A stretch of DNA of 64,000 bases from Hemiscyllium ocellatum (Eukaryota). Position numbers and translations under genes: made by a program. Each line of letters starts with the position of its first letter. The first letter of the stretch is position 1. Of the stretch, positions 1 through 11,849 are shown piece after piece. A model generated the notes under the pieces. The model worked only from the letters and a program-made list of their open reading frames with translations. It was not told the origin of the DNA and made no database searches. The DNA is taken from positions 36,543,090 to 36,607,089 of the forward strand of contig NC_083435.1 of assembly GCF_020745735.1 (NCBI RefSeq). The letters run 5' to 3'.

Positions 1-478
1 AGAGAAGGGTCACTCGATTGATCTCGGAGATGAGGGGTTTGTTGTATGAAGCAAGATTGAACAGTTTCAGTCTATACTCTCCGGAATTTAGATGAATGAG
101 GGGAGATCAAATTAACGTATTCGAGATGATGAAGATGTGGATAAAATAGACATGGAGTGGATGCTTCCACTTGTGTGACATTCGAAGACAAGAGGTCATC
201 GTCTTAGGATGAGGGGGAGCAAATTTAAAACAGAGTTGAGGAGAAAATACTTCTCCCAAAGGGTTGTGAATCAGTGGAATTCACTTCACCAAAGTGCAGT
301 GGATGCTGGAACAGTGAGTAAATTTAAGGAGGAGTTAGATAGATTTTTAATTGTTAATGGGGAGAAGGGTTATGGGGGGAAAGCAGGGAATTGGGAGTGA
401 GGAGTATATCAGCCATGTTCAAATGACAGAACAGACTCAATGGGCCAAATGGCCTAATTCTGCTCCTATATCTTATGG
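1..478 (+). mobile_element. CR1-type LINE, 3' end fragment
   Basis: ORF 209-400 (RGSKFKTELRRKYFSQRVVNQWNSL) is the typical CR1 ORF2 C-terminus, followed by the CR1 3' UTR (ggccaaatggcctaattctgctcctat). Confidence 0.85.
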
Positions 479-574
479 ATGACTTTCTGCTGTGCCTCCC
501 AATTTACTCCCTGAAATCCCTGCCATTGCTGTTCCTACATCTTCCCTGAGGGGCTCACCTTCCAATCAATCAAT

Positions 575-1140
575 TTTACTCCTCTCCTGACCCTGTCTCA
601 CTCTCTCAGACACTGTTATAACCTCTCAGGCTCAATTCGCTCCTCTCCTGACCTTGTCTTACCCTCCCAGACATTGCTATAACCTCTCAGACTCAATTCA
701 CACACACCCCCCCGACCCTGTTTTACCCTCCCAGACATTGTTATAACCTCTCAGACTCAATTCACCCCCCTTCCTGACCCTGTCTTACCTCCCAGACACT
801 GTTACAACCTTTCAGACTCAATTCACTCCCCTCCTGACCCTGTCGCACTCTCTCAGACACTGTTACAACCTCTCAGACTCAATTCACTCCCCTCCTGACC
901 CTGTCGCACTCTCTCAGACACTGTTATAACCTCTCAGACTCAATTCACTCCCCTCCTGTCCCTGTCTTACCCTCCCAGACATGGTTATAACCTCTCAGAC
1001 TCAATTCACTCCTCTCCTGACCCTGTCTCACTCTCTCAGACACTGTTAAAATCTTTCAGACTAATTTGACTCCTCTCCTGATCCTGTCTCACTCTCCCAG
1101 ACATTGTTAAAACCTCTCAGACCATTTTATCTCCTCAGCC
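575..1140. repeat. 61-bp minisatellite, about 9 copies
   Basis: Unit ctcctgaccctgtctcactctctcagacactgttataacctctcagactcaattcactccc; unit starts at 831, 892 and 953 give a period of 61. Confidence 0.95.
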
Positions 1141-2225
1141 TCTGATGCTCCAAATTAAACAGCCCCAAGTTATTCAGCCTCTCCCTGCACTCAAACCATC
1201 CAAACCTGGCAACATCCTTGTCAATCTACTCTGAACTCTTTCAAGTTTAACAACATTTTCTCCAGAACATTGAGACGAGAACTGAATGCAGTGTTCCATA
1301 ACTGGTCTAACTAATATCCTATACAACCGCAACATGACATTCCAACTCCAATACACAATGCACTGACCCATGAAGGCAAGTATACCAAATGCCTTTTTCA
1401 CTACCACATTAACCTGCATCTCCATTTTCAAGGAACTATAAATCTGCATTCCAAGTTCTGTTTGTTTATCAACATTCCCATGAGCCTACCATAAAAAGCA
1501 TAGATCTTGCAACATCTCAGATTTAACTAAAATAAACTCCATCTGCCACTTCTCATCCCATTGGTCTATCTAATCAAGGTGCTGTTGTGCTCCGAGATAA
1601 CCTTCATCATTGTCCACTACACCACCAATTTTGGTCATTTACAAATGTACTATCCATACCTCCCATCCTCACATTCAACTCATTGAGATAAATGATTTTA
1701 AAAAAAGTGGACCTAGCACTGATCCATGCAGCATACTGCTGATCACAGGGCTCCAGTGCAAAAGACAACCTTCCACCACTACCCTCTATCTCCTACCTTC
1801 ATGTCAATTGTGTATCAAATGCCTAGCTCTCCCTGGATTCCATGTGATCTAACCTTGCTCACCAGTCTACCATGCGGAACCTTGTTGAACACCTTGCTGA
1901 AGTCCATATTGACAGCATTGACTGTTTTACCTTCATCAATCTTCTTTGTCACTTCTTCAAAAACCTCAAGTTAGTGAGACACTATTTCCATGCACAAAGC
2001 CATGTTGACTACCCTTAACCAGTCCTTGCCTTTCCAAATACATGTAGATCCTATCCCTCAGAATCCCCTCCAACAACATATCTAGCACTGATGTCAGGGT
2101 CACTGGTCTATAGTTTCTGCCATTTCCTCACCACCATTCTTAAATTGTAGCACGATGTTAGCCATTCTCCATTCTTCCGGAGCCTCACCCCTGGCCATTG
2201 ATGATACAAATATCTCAGCAAGGGC
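1140..2225 (-). mobile_element. CR1-type LINE RT fragment, decayed
   Basis: ORF 1174-1449 (VVKKAFGILAF...LYRILVRP..EHCIQF...LERVQSRLTRMLPG) is CR1 ORF2. It is interrupted at 2225 by an ERV LTR, and similar CR1 sequence resumes at about 4873-5020. Confidence 0.85.
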
Positions 2226-2606
2226 TGTTGAGGTCTTTTATTGATCTGAAACAAGACTCAGACAAATAATTCATTGGTCCAAACCTATCCTTATTTTTCT
2301 TGGATGTGTGCAAGGGGAGAGGACCTATTCCAACAAGCAATTCAAATACACTCTTGTTATAACATATACATGGAAAAATCTCTACATAGCTATTCAGAAA
2401 AGCAGTAATTGCAAAGACGTGATAATGGGCCTCACTGATAAGAAATAAATGCGAGTGCAATTCATTGGGGCTGTTTGTTCTTTTCCAGACAATCTGCCTT
2501 TCTCAGAGATTCTGGCCAAAATGATGTCTGCTTTTGACAAAAAACACATTAGTTATTATCAGTACTAAATTTAATTATCCATCTATTCTATCTTTCACAT
2601 TGACTT

Positions 2607-2820
2607 GGGAATCAGTTCAGCTCAGTTGGCTGCATTGTCAGTTTATAGAGTAGTATGACAGCAACAGCATGGGTTCCATTCCCATCACAGGTTTAAGGTT
2701 ACCATGAAGGGATCTTCCCTTGCGTGAGGTTTGGTGGCCCTTAGGTTAGACCACCACCAGTCACTTCTCTCCCTAATGAGAGAGCAGCCTCTATGGTCTG
2801 ATAAGACAGTGGTGACACAA
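2607..2820 (+). mobile_element. tRNA-derived SINE inserted in the ERV 3' LTR
   Basis: A-box-like AGCTCAGTTGG and B-box-like GGTTCCATTCC. Absent from the 5' LTR copy. A related minus-strand copy lies at about 21615-21800. Confidence 0.75.
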
Positions 2821-2892
2821 CAACATACTGGCTTCTACATCACTGTGATCTCCCACATTCTCCCCCTTTTGTCCTGAAAGGATAAGGAAATG

Positions 2893-3345
2893 TTAAATCT
2901 GGATGGGACCCAGTTCCCTCAGGGCTAACTGTTGGTTTTCTGAGGCAAGGACCAAACCTACAGCCTGTTGGACCATCATTGCGGCAGTCATCGCGTCTTT
3001 GAAAAGGGAGGTGCAAAAGGTTCTACAGCAGGAGGTCAGAACCAAGGTGACAATAATAAAGAATAGGATCCCAAGCACCCATTGTACAAAGGAGCTCCCC
3101 CAGCCCCTTATCAAGGAATGGAGGCAGCTGAATGGCCCCCAGGTGCCTCTGTGTAATTCCTCCCCTAAATTCCTGACCTTATCTGCTTCTGTCTGGATAT
3201 GGACAGCAAGATCGGTGAGGTTTTCAGAGGAGTCCAGGATGGAGGTGCAACATGCTGATCCGAAGAGAACACAAGTGCCACTTTTTAAAAACCACATCAA
3301 AATAGATACTGATCTAACCACCATATAATTCAACCATCTTAGTAT
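2893..3345 (-). pseudogene. Retroviral env transmembrane-subunit remnant
   Basis: GTCVLFGSACC is a CX6CC motif, followed by DSSENLTDLA, a heptad-like segment and a hydrophobic anchor (WVLGILFFIIVTLVLTSCC). It sits directly upstream of the PPT and 3' LTR. Confidence 0.85.
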
Positions 3346-3604
3346 TGCCCTCTTTTTAACATTTTCTGGTAGTTTTGATTAATTTTCCTGTTAACACTGG
3401 CTAGAAGTCCAACATATGCAGGCGCCATTGTAAACAGACACAATTAACTATTTCAGAGCCCAAACCATCTCACTTTTTGAATTATAACACAACATCAATT
3501 CAAAAGAAAACTTAAAATCATCAAAATGAAAAGCAAATGACAAACTTAAATTCAACAAAACACGTATATGTCAGATGTAAGGGTCAGTATGCTCAGAGAG
3601 GTCA

Positions 3605-3960
3605 AAATGGTACAGTAAGGGAGGGGTAAGGGAGTGAGCAGACCGCACTTTAGAAACTGGAATGCTACATTATGGGAGGGGTAAAGGGGTGAGCAGACAG
3701 TACTTTAGAAGATGGAATGGTACAGTAAGGGAGGGGTAAGGAAGTGAGCAGACAGCACTTTAGAAGATGGAATGGCACAGTAAGGGAGGGGTAAGGGAGT
3801 GAGCAGACAGCACTTTAGAAGCTGGAATGGTACAGTAAAAGAGGGGTAAGGGAGTGAGCAGACAGCACTTTAGAAGCTGGAATGGTACAGTAAAGGAGGG
3901 GTAAGGGAGTGAGCAGACAGCACTTTAGAAGCTGGAATGGTACAGTAAGGGAGGGGTACG
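3605..3960. repeat. 55-bp minisatellite, about 6.5 copies, inside the ERV
   Basis: Unit gggaggggtaagggagtgagcagacagcactttagaagctggaatggtacagtaa; gctggaatgg recurs at 3821, 3876 and 3931. Confidence 0.95.
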
Positions 3961-4269
3961 AGCTAAATCTCCCAAGACTGGGCCCGTGGGACTTGCCAAC
4001 ATAAAGGCAGTTCGGAAGTGATCCCTGTTGGTCACAGTGCCTTGTTAGAGGCAACAGGCGGCAGCAGCTGCAGCAGTGCACTGTCCAAGGACGGAACCCA
4101 CTTGGTGATCAAGGGTAGCTACTTGCCGGCTCAGGATTCCATCTCGGAGTGCTGCAGAATTCCCCGCTGTTGTTTCTCCACAAACAGCAAGCGGTTTCCA
4201 TGGAGCCTCCAAGTAAAACTGGAGGTCTTTTATTGATCCAAAACAAGACTCAGGTCAATGATTCATTGG

Positions 4270-4470
4270 ACAAAAGTGAGGACTGCAGATGCTGGAGATC
4301 AGAATCAAGATTTGAGTGGTGCTGGAAAAGTCCAGCAGGTCAGGGAGCATCCGAGGAGCAGGAAAATCGACGGTTTGGGCAGGATGAAGTGCTTCTGCCC
4401 AAAACATTGATTTTCCTGCTCCTCAGATGCTGCCTGACCTGCTGTGCTTTTCCAGCACCACTTTAATCTT
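4270..4470. mobile_element. PLE-terminal-repeat-derived inverted (hairpin) insertion with 16-bp TSD
   Basis: Flanked by gtcaatgattcattgg at 4254-4269 and 4471-4486. The arms are reverse complements. The site is empty in the 3' LTR. Confidence 0.85.
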
Positions 4471-5014
4471 GTCAATGATTCATTGGTCCAAACTGATCTT
4501 TAATTTTTTTTTGTATGCAGGCAAGGGGAGAAACCAATTTACATAACAAGTCACAACTAAAACAAACAATTCAAGATACATTCTCTCATAACATAAACTT
4601 GGGAAAATCTCTACGTGACTAGTCAGAAAAGCAGTCAGGACAGAGTTGTGATAATGGGCCGAACTGACAGGATGTAAATGCTGGTGCAGTTCTGTGGGAC
4701 TCTTTCCCTGACAATCTGCCTTTCTCTGAGATTCTGGCCAAAAAGGTCTCTCCTTGTTTACACTGTAACTTTCTGCTTCTGGCAAAAAGCAATTGGTTAT
4801 TGTCAACACTAAATTTAATCCTCAATCTATTCTATCCTTCATTCTGGCTTCTAAACACTCTAATCTTCCACAATTCCTGGCTATCCATGACACATGTTTC
4901 TCAACAAAGGCCCTGCATTCACTTCTCTATATTCCCACAAAGTTCTGGGATACACGTGATCAGGTCCCAGGGATTTGTCCATGTTTGTGCATTTTAGAAA
5001 TCCAGCACCTCCTC

Positions 5015-5995
5015 CTCTGTAATAAGGTTAGAAATCACACACCACCAGGTTCTAGTCCAACAGATTTATTTGGAGACACTAACTTTCGGAGCACTGTTTC
5101 TTCATCAGGTGGTTGTGGAGATAATCGTAAGGCACAGAATTTATCACAACAGGATTGCAGTGTCATGGAATATAATAATAAACAAGTTTAGCTTGAGTCT
5201 TTCATCTTTTAGAATGATCATGTTAATTTTGGTTCCTTCATATATAAATTCCAGAACTTTATCAAAGTTACATTCTCAAGATAGCTTTAACAATCGGTGC
5301 CATCTCAGCTCAGTTAATGCATTGAAGGTGTGAGGTGAAAATCTGTCTGTGTCCTAGGGTTAGGTCAGATTGATTCTATTTCTAAAGTGGGTTTTACAGA
5401 AGTTCTCATATATTTATGCAATTCTTGAGCAAAATAAAATGCAATTCTACAAATACAAATTCACCCCACAAATTTATATGTGTGTATGTGCAGGGGAAAC
5501 TGAATGAGTGCGTGCATGTGGGTATGTGTGTGGGAGTCTGTGAAAGAGTGTGTGAATGTGTGTTAGAGTAATGGGATATGAGTCTGTGAGAGGATGAGTT
5601 TGTGTGATTGTGTGTGGGGTGTATGTGTGAGTGTATGAGAGGGAGATTGCGTATGAGAGAGGGTCTGCTTGAGTGTATGGGTCTGTAGGAGTGTGTGTGT
5701 GTATGTGTGTGTGTGTGTGTGTCTGTGTGTGTGTGTGTATGAATAATGCAAAGCCGTCACCTGTCCACTTGTCATGTGACATGAACCAAGGTCCAGGTTG
5801 AGACCATCTCCATGGGGACTGAACTGGCTATCGGCCTCTGTTCGGCCACTTTGCATTGTTGCCCGTCCTGAGGTCCATCTTGGAGGATGGTCATCCGAAG
5901 GTCTAAAGCTAAATGTCCCGGACCACTGATGTCTTCCCCAACTGCGAGGGCACACTCCTGCCTGGTGATTGTTGTGCAGTGTCCATTCATCTGTT
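5015..5995 (-). mobile_element. Penelope-like element 3' fragment (GIY-YIG C-terminus and terminal repeat), inverted relative to the main copy
   Basis: ORF 5772-5990 (GHLALDLRMTILQDGPQDGQQCKVAEQR) matches the GIY-YIG tail at 9057-9347. It contains a (CA)n/(TG)n tract at 5480-5740, and its end matches the reverse complement of 9420-9860. Confidence 0.85.
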
Positions 5996-6344
5996 ATCGT
6001 AGCCCCTGCTCACTCCACTGCTCCACAACCACCTGTTGAAGAATCAGCGCTCTGAAAGCTAGTGCTTCCGAATAAACCTGTTGGCCTATAACCTGGTGTT
6101 GTGTGATTTATAACTTTGTCCACCCGAGTCCAACACCGGCATCTCCAAACCCACTGTAATATGGAAACTTTTCAAGGTATCAGTATTGATTTCTCCAAGC
6201 TCTGTAGCTTCCATATCCTTCTCCACAGTAAATACTGATGTGAAATCCTCATTTAGTGTCTCCCCAATCTCCAGTGGTTCCACAGATAGATGGCCTTGTA
6301 GATCTTTAAGGTGCCCTATCTCTCCCTAATTACTCTTTTGTCCC

Positions 6345-6600
6345 AAAGGACAAAACAGCAGCAAGCGAGAGGTGTATTGGCTGATGTGAAAAGATTTAAT
6401 CCAGCCCTGACAGACCGGGATGAGAGCAAATATTTCCTGCAGTGAATGAAATTCGGGTTGGATTCCAGATTGAGAGACAACCTCTCTGTTTTACATACAA
6501 AGCTCTGTATGAGAAATCTCAGACACGGTCAACAGAGCAGAAAGACTCTCTAACCAACACAGTTACAGGAATTAGACCAACAGATATCTGCCAGCTCCCG
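6345..6600 (+). pseudogene. Very large inducible GTPase (GVIN/VLIG/URGCP family) pseudogene, fragment upstream of the G domain
   Basis: Translates as RDESKYFLQ*MKFGLDSRLRDNLS and, after a frameshift, QLQELDQQISASS. These resemble the family segments ERxYFLKWMxxxLDxxSRxxLS and LDxQISxSSLG, compared from memory of the family and not by search. Confidence 0.7.
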
Positions 6601-9600
6601 AGGACTTGATGAAAGAGCGCCACTCTGAAAATTAGTGCTTCCAATTAAACCTGTTGGACTGTAACCTGGTGTTGTGTGATTTTTAACCTTGTACACCCCA
6701 GTCCAACACCGGCATCTCCAAAACATGACTACCATCGACACCACGAACTGCCGACTTAAAGTGGAGAGGATCTCCAAGAAGATCGCACCTATCGACACAG
6801 ACATCAAGTTTCTACAGAAATGCAGGCAAGCAGGAAAGATCCCAAAAGGATTACAGATCATAAACCCACTCAAGTCGACCTACAACACAGACTATGCAGA
6901 GAGACTTTGCCACCGCACCTCTCACAAGCTCCTCAATCATCTCGTGCACCAACTCTACAGCAGGTGCCACAACCTTGAAATTCAGATGGTGTTCACACTC
7001 TCAGCCTGCATTCAGGATACAGCAGTACAGTTACGTGACATTGCCAAACAAGCAAGGCAACAAAACTACACCAATTACATGCACACTAAGAACAAAAAAA
7101 CTGGAGAAACTTGGCATTCTCACCAGGAGTATCGAAGCCCATCCTGGCACCACAGTGGATAACATTATCAATGCGGGGAAGTCTATTATCAACTTATGGG
7201 ACCACACCCTTCGACCGGAAGAGATTGAAGTCCTGAGCAGGGGTCTCAATTCTGCCCCACCACCAAAATGGACCCCTTGGTTCTTGCAGCAGACACGGAG
7301 GAGTTCATCAGACAAATGAGACTCCAGGAATTCTTTCGAGGTGCTGGCAGTGATCCCAATGAGCCCACTGATGAACCGGAACAGTCATCACAAGGATCTG
7401 TTGAGGAGCGACCAAGGAAGGTTTCAACATGGACCCCACCGGAGGACCACTGCCCTGGGCTTGACATGTATGCTCAAACCGTCAGGCGTACCCACAAGGT
7501 AGAACAAAACATCACCCGTTCACAACGCAATGCCATCCAGGCTCTCAAAACCAATCACAACATTGTCATCAAACAAACAGATAAAGGAGGAGCCATTGTC
7601 ATTCAGAATTGAGCAGACTACTGTAAGGAAGTGTACCGACAACTAAACAACCAGGAACACTAAAGACAACTACCAGCTGATCTGATCAAACCATGAACTA
7701 AACACATCTATCAGAACTTTGGATCCAGTCCTTTGGAGTTCCCTTCGTGCTCTCATCCCACCTACTTCTCATGTAGGTGACTCCTACTGCCTTCCAAAGG
7801 TACACAAAGCCAACACACCAGGACATCCCACCGCATCAGGCAATGGGACCCTATGTGAGAATCTCTCCAGCTATGTTGAAGGCATCTTGAAATCTATTGT
7901 ACAGGGGATCCCCAGCTTCGGTCGTGACACTATGGATTTCTTACAGAAACTCAGCACCCAATGACCAGTCAAACCGGGAACATTCCTCATCACAGTGGAA
8001 CATTTCCGCACTCAACACCAGCACCCCCCACAATGATGGCATCGCAGCAACAGCCTCAGTACTCAACACCAACAACTGCCAATCTCCGAACACCATCCTA
8101 CAACTCATCCACTTTATCCTTGATCACAGCGTCTTCATCTTTGACAACCAATTCTTCATCCAGACACATGGAACAGCCATGGGGACCAAATTTGCACCCC
8201 AATCTGCCAATATTTTTATGTACACTTTCAAACAAGTCTTATTTTCTATGCAGAACTTCCAACAGCATTGTATACCAGGTACATTGACGACAGTTTCTTC
8301 CTCTGGACCCATGGCGAGGAGTCACTGATAAAACTACACAGTGACATCAACACGTTTCATCCCAACATCCAACTCACCATGGATTACTCTCGGCTATCTG
8401 TCTCATTCTTGGACAAATGCATCTTCATCAAGGATGTAGACCTCAGCACCACACTCTACCACAAACCCACAGACAACCTCACAATGCTAAACTTCTCTAG
8501 TTTCCACCCAAAACATATTAAAACAGCCATCCCCTATGGACAAGCCCTACGCATACACCGGATCTGCTCAGATGCGGAGAAACCTGACAGACACCTGGGA
8601 GTACTCAGGGATTCCCCCCAGAACAGTGTACGATGCCCAACTCATCGACTGCCAGTTCCAACATGCCACAGCAAGAAACCGTAATGACCTCCTCAGGAGA
8701 CAGACACTTGCTGCAACTGACAGGGTGCCCTTCATTGTCCAGTACTTCCCAGGAGCTGAAAAACTATGCCATGTTCTTCGTGACCTGCAACACGTTATCA
8801 ATGAGGATGAGCGCCACACCAAGGCCTTCCCCACACCTCCACTGCTCACCTTTAAACAACCGCCAAACCTCAAGTAGATCAATGTTCGTAGCAAGTTGCC
8901 CGGCTCTCAGGACAACACCAAACAACCCTGTTATGGTAGGTACTGCAAGACATGTCAGGTAGTGGACATAGATACCACCAATACGCGTGGGGACACCTCC
9001 CACCTTGTACATGGCAGGTACTCATGTGACTCAGCCAACGATGTCTATCCTATACATTGCAGGCAAGGAGCCCTGAGACATGGGACATTGGGGAATATGA
9101 TCAAAAGCTATGGCAACGGGTGAATGGGCACCGCACAATAATCAAGAGACAGGAGGGCTCCCTCCCAGTTGGGGAGCACCTCAGTGCTCCAGGACATTCA
9201 GCCTCGGACCTTCGGGTCACCATCCTCCAAGGTGGACTTCAGGACAGGCAGCAGAGAAAAGTGGCCGAGCAGAGGCTGATAGCTAAGTTCGGTACCCAGA
9301 GGGAGGGCCTCAACTGGGACCTTGGGTTCATGTCACACGACAGGTGACCACCATTGCACTATATACACACACAGACACTCCTACACGCACACAGACACAC
9401 ACGTTTGTGGGGTGAACTTGTACTTGCAGAGTTACATTGTACTTTGCTCAAAAACTGCATAAATTCATGCAAGACTCTGTTATCTCACCTTTTAGATTAG
9501 AATCAGTTTAAACATTATGGCACAGACAGAGAACACAGGGTGCTAACACCCTCAACATCTTGTCTGACTAACGCCAATTGTTACAATTAACCTGAGAACT

Positions 9601-9862
9601 TAACTTCAAAAAAAAGTTTTGTGATTTACACATGAAGGAACTGAAACTATTATGGTATTCAAACAGATAAAAGACTCAACAAACAATCAAAGTATTTTTC
9701 AATGTATAATTTCAGTTACATCACATGGTAAATTTTTGCTATAAATTCTGTGCCTTACAATTGAGCCCTCCACAACCACCTGACAAAGGAGCATCGCTCC
9801 AAACGCTAGTGTTTCCAATTAAACCTGTTGGACTATAACCTGGTGTTGTGTGATTTTTAACT
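6600..9862 (+). mobile_element. Near full-length Penelope-like retroelement (RT plus GIY-YIG), inactivated
   Basis: Serial ORF pieces: N-terminal domain (6689-7162), RT motifs GTAMGTKFAP and RYIDD (7897-8684), GIY-YIG region (8896-9347). The terminal repeat aaacctgttggactataacctggtgttgtgtgatttttaac occurs at both ends (about 6650 and 9825). Multiple stops and frameshifts. Confidence 0.92.
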
Positions 9863-10850
9863 TCAAACAGAGAGCAGGACTGTCCTGTGAAAATTGCCTG
9901 AATCCCAGCCATAATCCAAGCTGCTGATAACAAACTGGGATTGGAAATTGTTTACCACATGAGGTACCACTGCAAAGGAGGGAAATTCTTGTACAGAAAA
10001 ATTTCAACGTGGTTCTGATGCTGCATTTGAAGGAGAGAGCCAGTTTTGATGAATATTACCACGATATAAAACACACCGTGCCATTCAAGAAAGATTGGCT
10101 GAAAGAACAACTTGTCCAACACTTTGAAGCCACAAATGATGAACAACTTCTTCTGCTGTGCTCTCTCACACTCACTATTCTGAACGGGGTTACCACCCGG
10201 GTGAGGGGAACTCTGACAGATATAACACATCCATATAATGGGCAATCAGTTACTGGGATCATTCAGGCATTTAATGCAAAAATGGAGGATGAGATACAGA
10301 TTCCACAAGAGACAACAGTCCTGTTCCTTATCAGTCTTAAAAGATTAACGTAAAGAACTTTAAACAAGAAATTGAAGTTTCATCAGAACAAATGAGCAAG
10401 GTGAAAAGGCAAGAAAATTGGGAAAAGGATATTGCTGGGAAAATCACTGCTCCCCCACAGATCCATCCAGTGAACTGTGCACAGTGTTATATGGCTGTGG
10501 GGAGCGGTGTCCCTTCTGTGGAGTCCTGTGTGATTGTCCCAGCAGGGAGCACAGACAGCACAGCGCTGAATATCACCGGATCAAAGGGCTGAATATCTGC
10601 ATCACTACATTCAGAGAATTGTACAACAAGTGTCATGGGTGATAGCAATTTCCGGAACAAAGGTACTGGCTGGAAACAGTTTCCTGACAAGAACTACAGG
10701 GATCTCAATGACCAGGTCAAATGTTGGAAAATTCTGCCCGATATCTGCATTGAAACATCAGCCTTTTGGAAATGTGTTTTCTCCAAATACAACACAGAAT
10801 TTGCTGATAAATACTCAGCAAAAGCAGCAGACAGCATCTTCAGTTAGGAT
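9863..10850 (+). pseudogene. Very large inducible GTPase (GVIN/VLIG family) pseudogene, C-terminal region
   Basis: IPAIIQAADNKLGLEIVYHM (about 9902), GCGERCPFCGVLC...EHRQHSAEYHRIKGL (ORF 10418-10642) and SAFWKCVFSKYNTEFADKYSAKAAD (ORF 10635-10847) match the characteristic GVIN C-terminus. Spread over several frames with stops. Confidence 0.85.
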
Positions 10851-11214
10851 TTACCCTGGGAACAAGCTGAAAGAGACAATGAAGATAAGTACTATGAAAA
10901 TATTGGTGAGTTCAATTTACTTATTAACATTAAACAGACCGTCAGAGGTCCATTTTCCCATTCTTCATGATTCACAAATTCGGATTTCCTCTTGGAGCTG
11001 TCTGCCCATCCCCTTTCACTTCCTCCTGCTTTAAGGCCTAACCTTCAGGAATCTGACAGCCTGACCTCCCACTGTCTGTCCAAAGCGATTTGTCGCTGTG
11101 TCGTCAGCTCAACATCTATGGGATGGCAGTGGGAGCAGCGCAGAGAAATTTCCAGCATATCTGTGAGGGTTAGAAGAATTTCTGAACTGTCCAATCATAA
11201 AGTCACAGCGTTAT

Positions 11215-11810
11215 AGGCACAGAGTAATACAGTATGGAAACAGGCCCTTCAGCCCAAACTGGACCATGCTGATCATGTTGTGCACGCAGCTAGTTCTAAT
11301 TGCACCCTCTTTTGCTCTTCTGATTTCCCTCTTAAGTACTCTCCTACACTTTTAATAGTCATCTGAGGATTCAGTGGAGACTGATAGCTTCAACTTTGTA
11401 TGCTTTCTTCTTTTTCCTGACCAGAGCCTCAATATCCCTTGTCAGCCAGCGATCCCTAATCCTGCCAGCTTTTTGCTTCACCTTAACCAGGACACACTCT
11501 CCCCAGGCTCTTGATATCACCCTTTTACAGGCCTTCAATTTGCCAGTCATTCCTGTTCCTTCAAACAGACTCACCCAATCACCCTCTACTAGATTCTGCC
11601 TAATGGCTCCAACATTTGCTCTGCTCCAGTTTAACACCTTAACCTGTGGACCTGTCCTATCCTTTTCCATAATGAGGTTAAAACGAAGAGAGTTATGGTC
11701 ACTGGACCCAAAGTGCTGTCCAACTGACACTTCAATCACTTGCCCCACCTCGTTTCCTAAGAGGAAGTCCAGAGTTCCAGCGTGTCAAGTAGGTCCCTCC
11801 ACACATTGAG
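11215..11810 (-). mobile_element. CR1-type LINE fragment (endonuclease end and linker)
   Basis: ORF 11371-11748: VSVGQHFGSSDHNSLRF...WLTRDIEALVRKKKKAY. Confidence 0.85.
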
Positions 11811-11849
11811 TTGAACATTTTTGACAAATTCATTCAGTTGCAGCATTGA

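Larger units (their letters stand above)
2226..4872 (-). mobile_element. Endogenous retrovirus provirus with internal deletion (LTR-PBS-leader-env remnant-PPT-LTR)
   Basis: Two homologous LTRs on the minus strand start TGTGG(A/G)AGAT (4872 and 2857) and end AATAAAAGACCTC(A)CA (4220 and 2226). PBS-like TGGAGGCTCCATGGAAAC lies just after the 5' LTR; PPT AAAAGGGGGAGAA (2870-2858) lies just before the 3' LTR; env TM ORF 3333-2893. No gag or pol is seen. Confidence 0.8.

Noticed and set aside
2607-2700. tRNA genes at SINE heads (also 20588 and 52423)
   Set aside because: A and B boxes are present, but there is no cloverleaf and each continues into a SINE body and tail.
4480-4809. Membrane-protein-like ORFs here and at 2215-2460
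   Set aside because: Both lie within the paired ERV LTRs and differ by indels and many non-conservative changes.
6689-9347. Active Penelope element
   Set aside because: The single ORF is split into at least eight pieces by stops and frameshifts.
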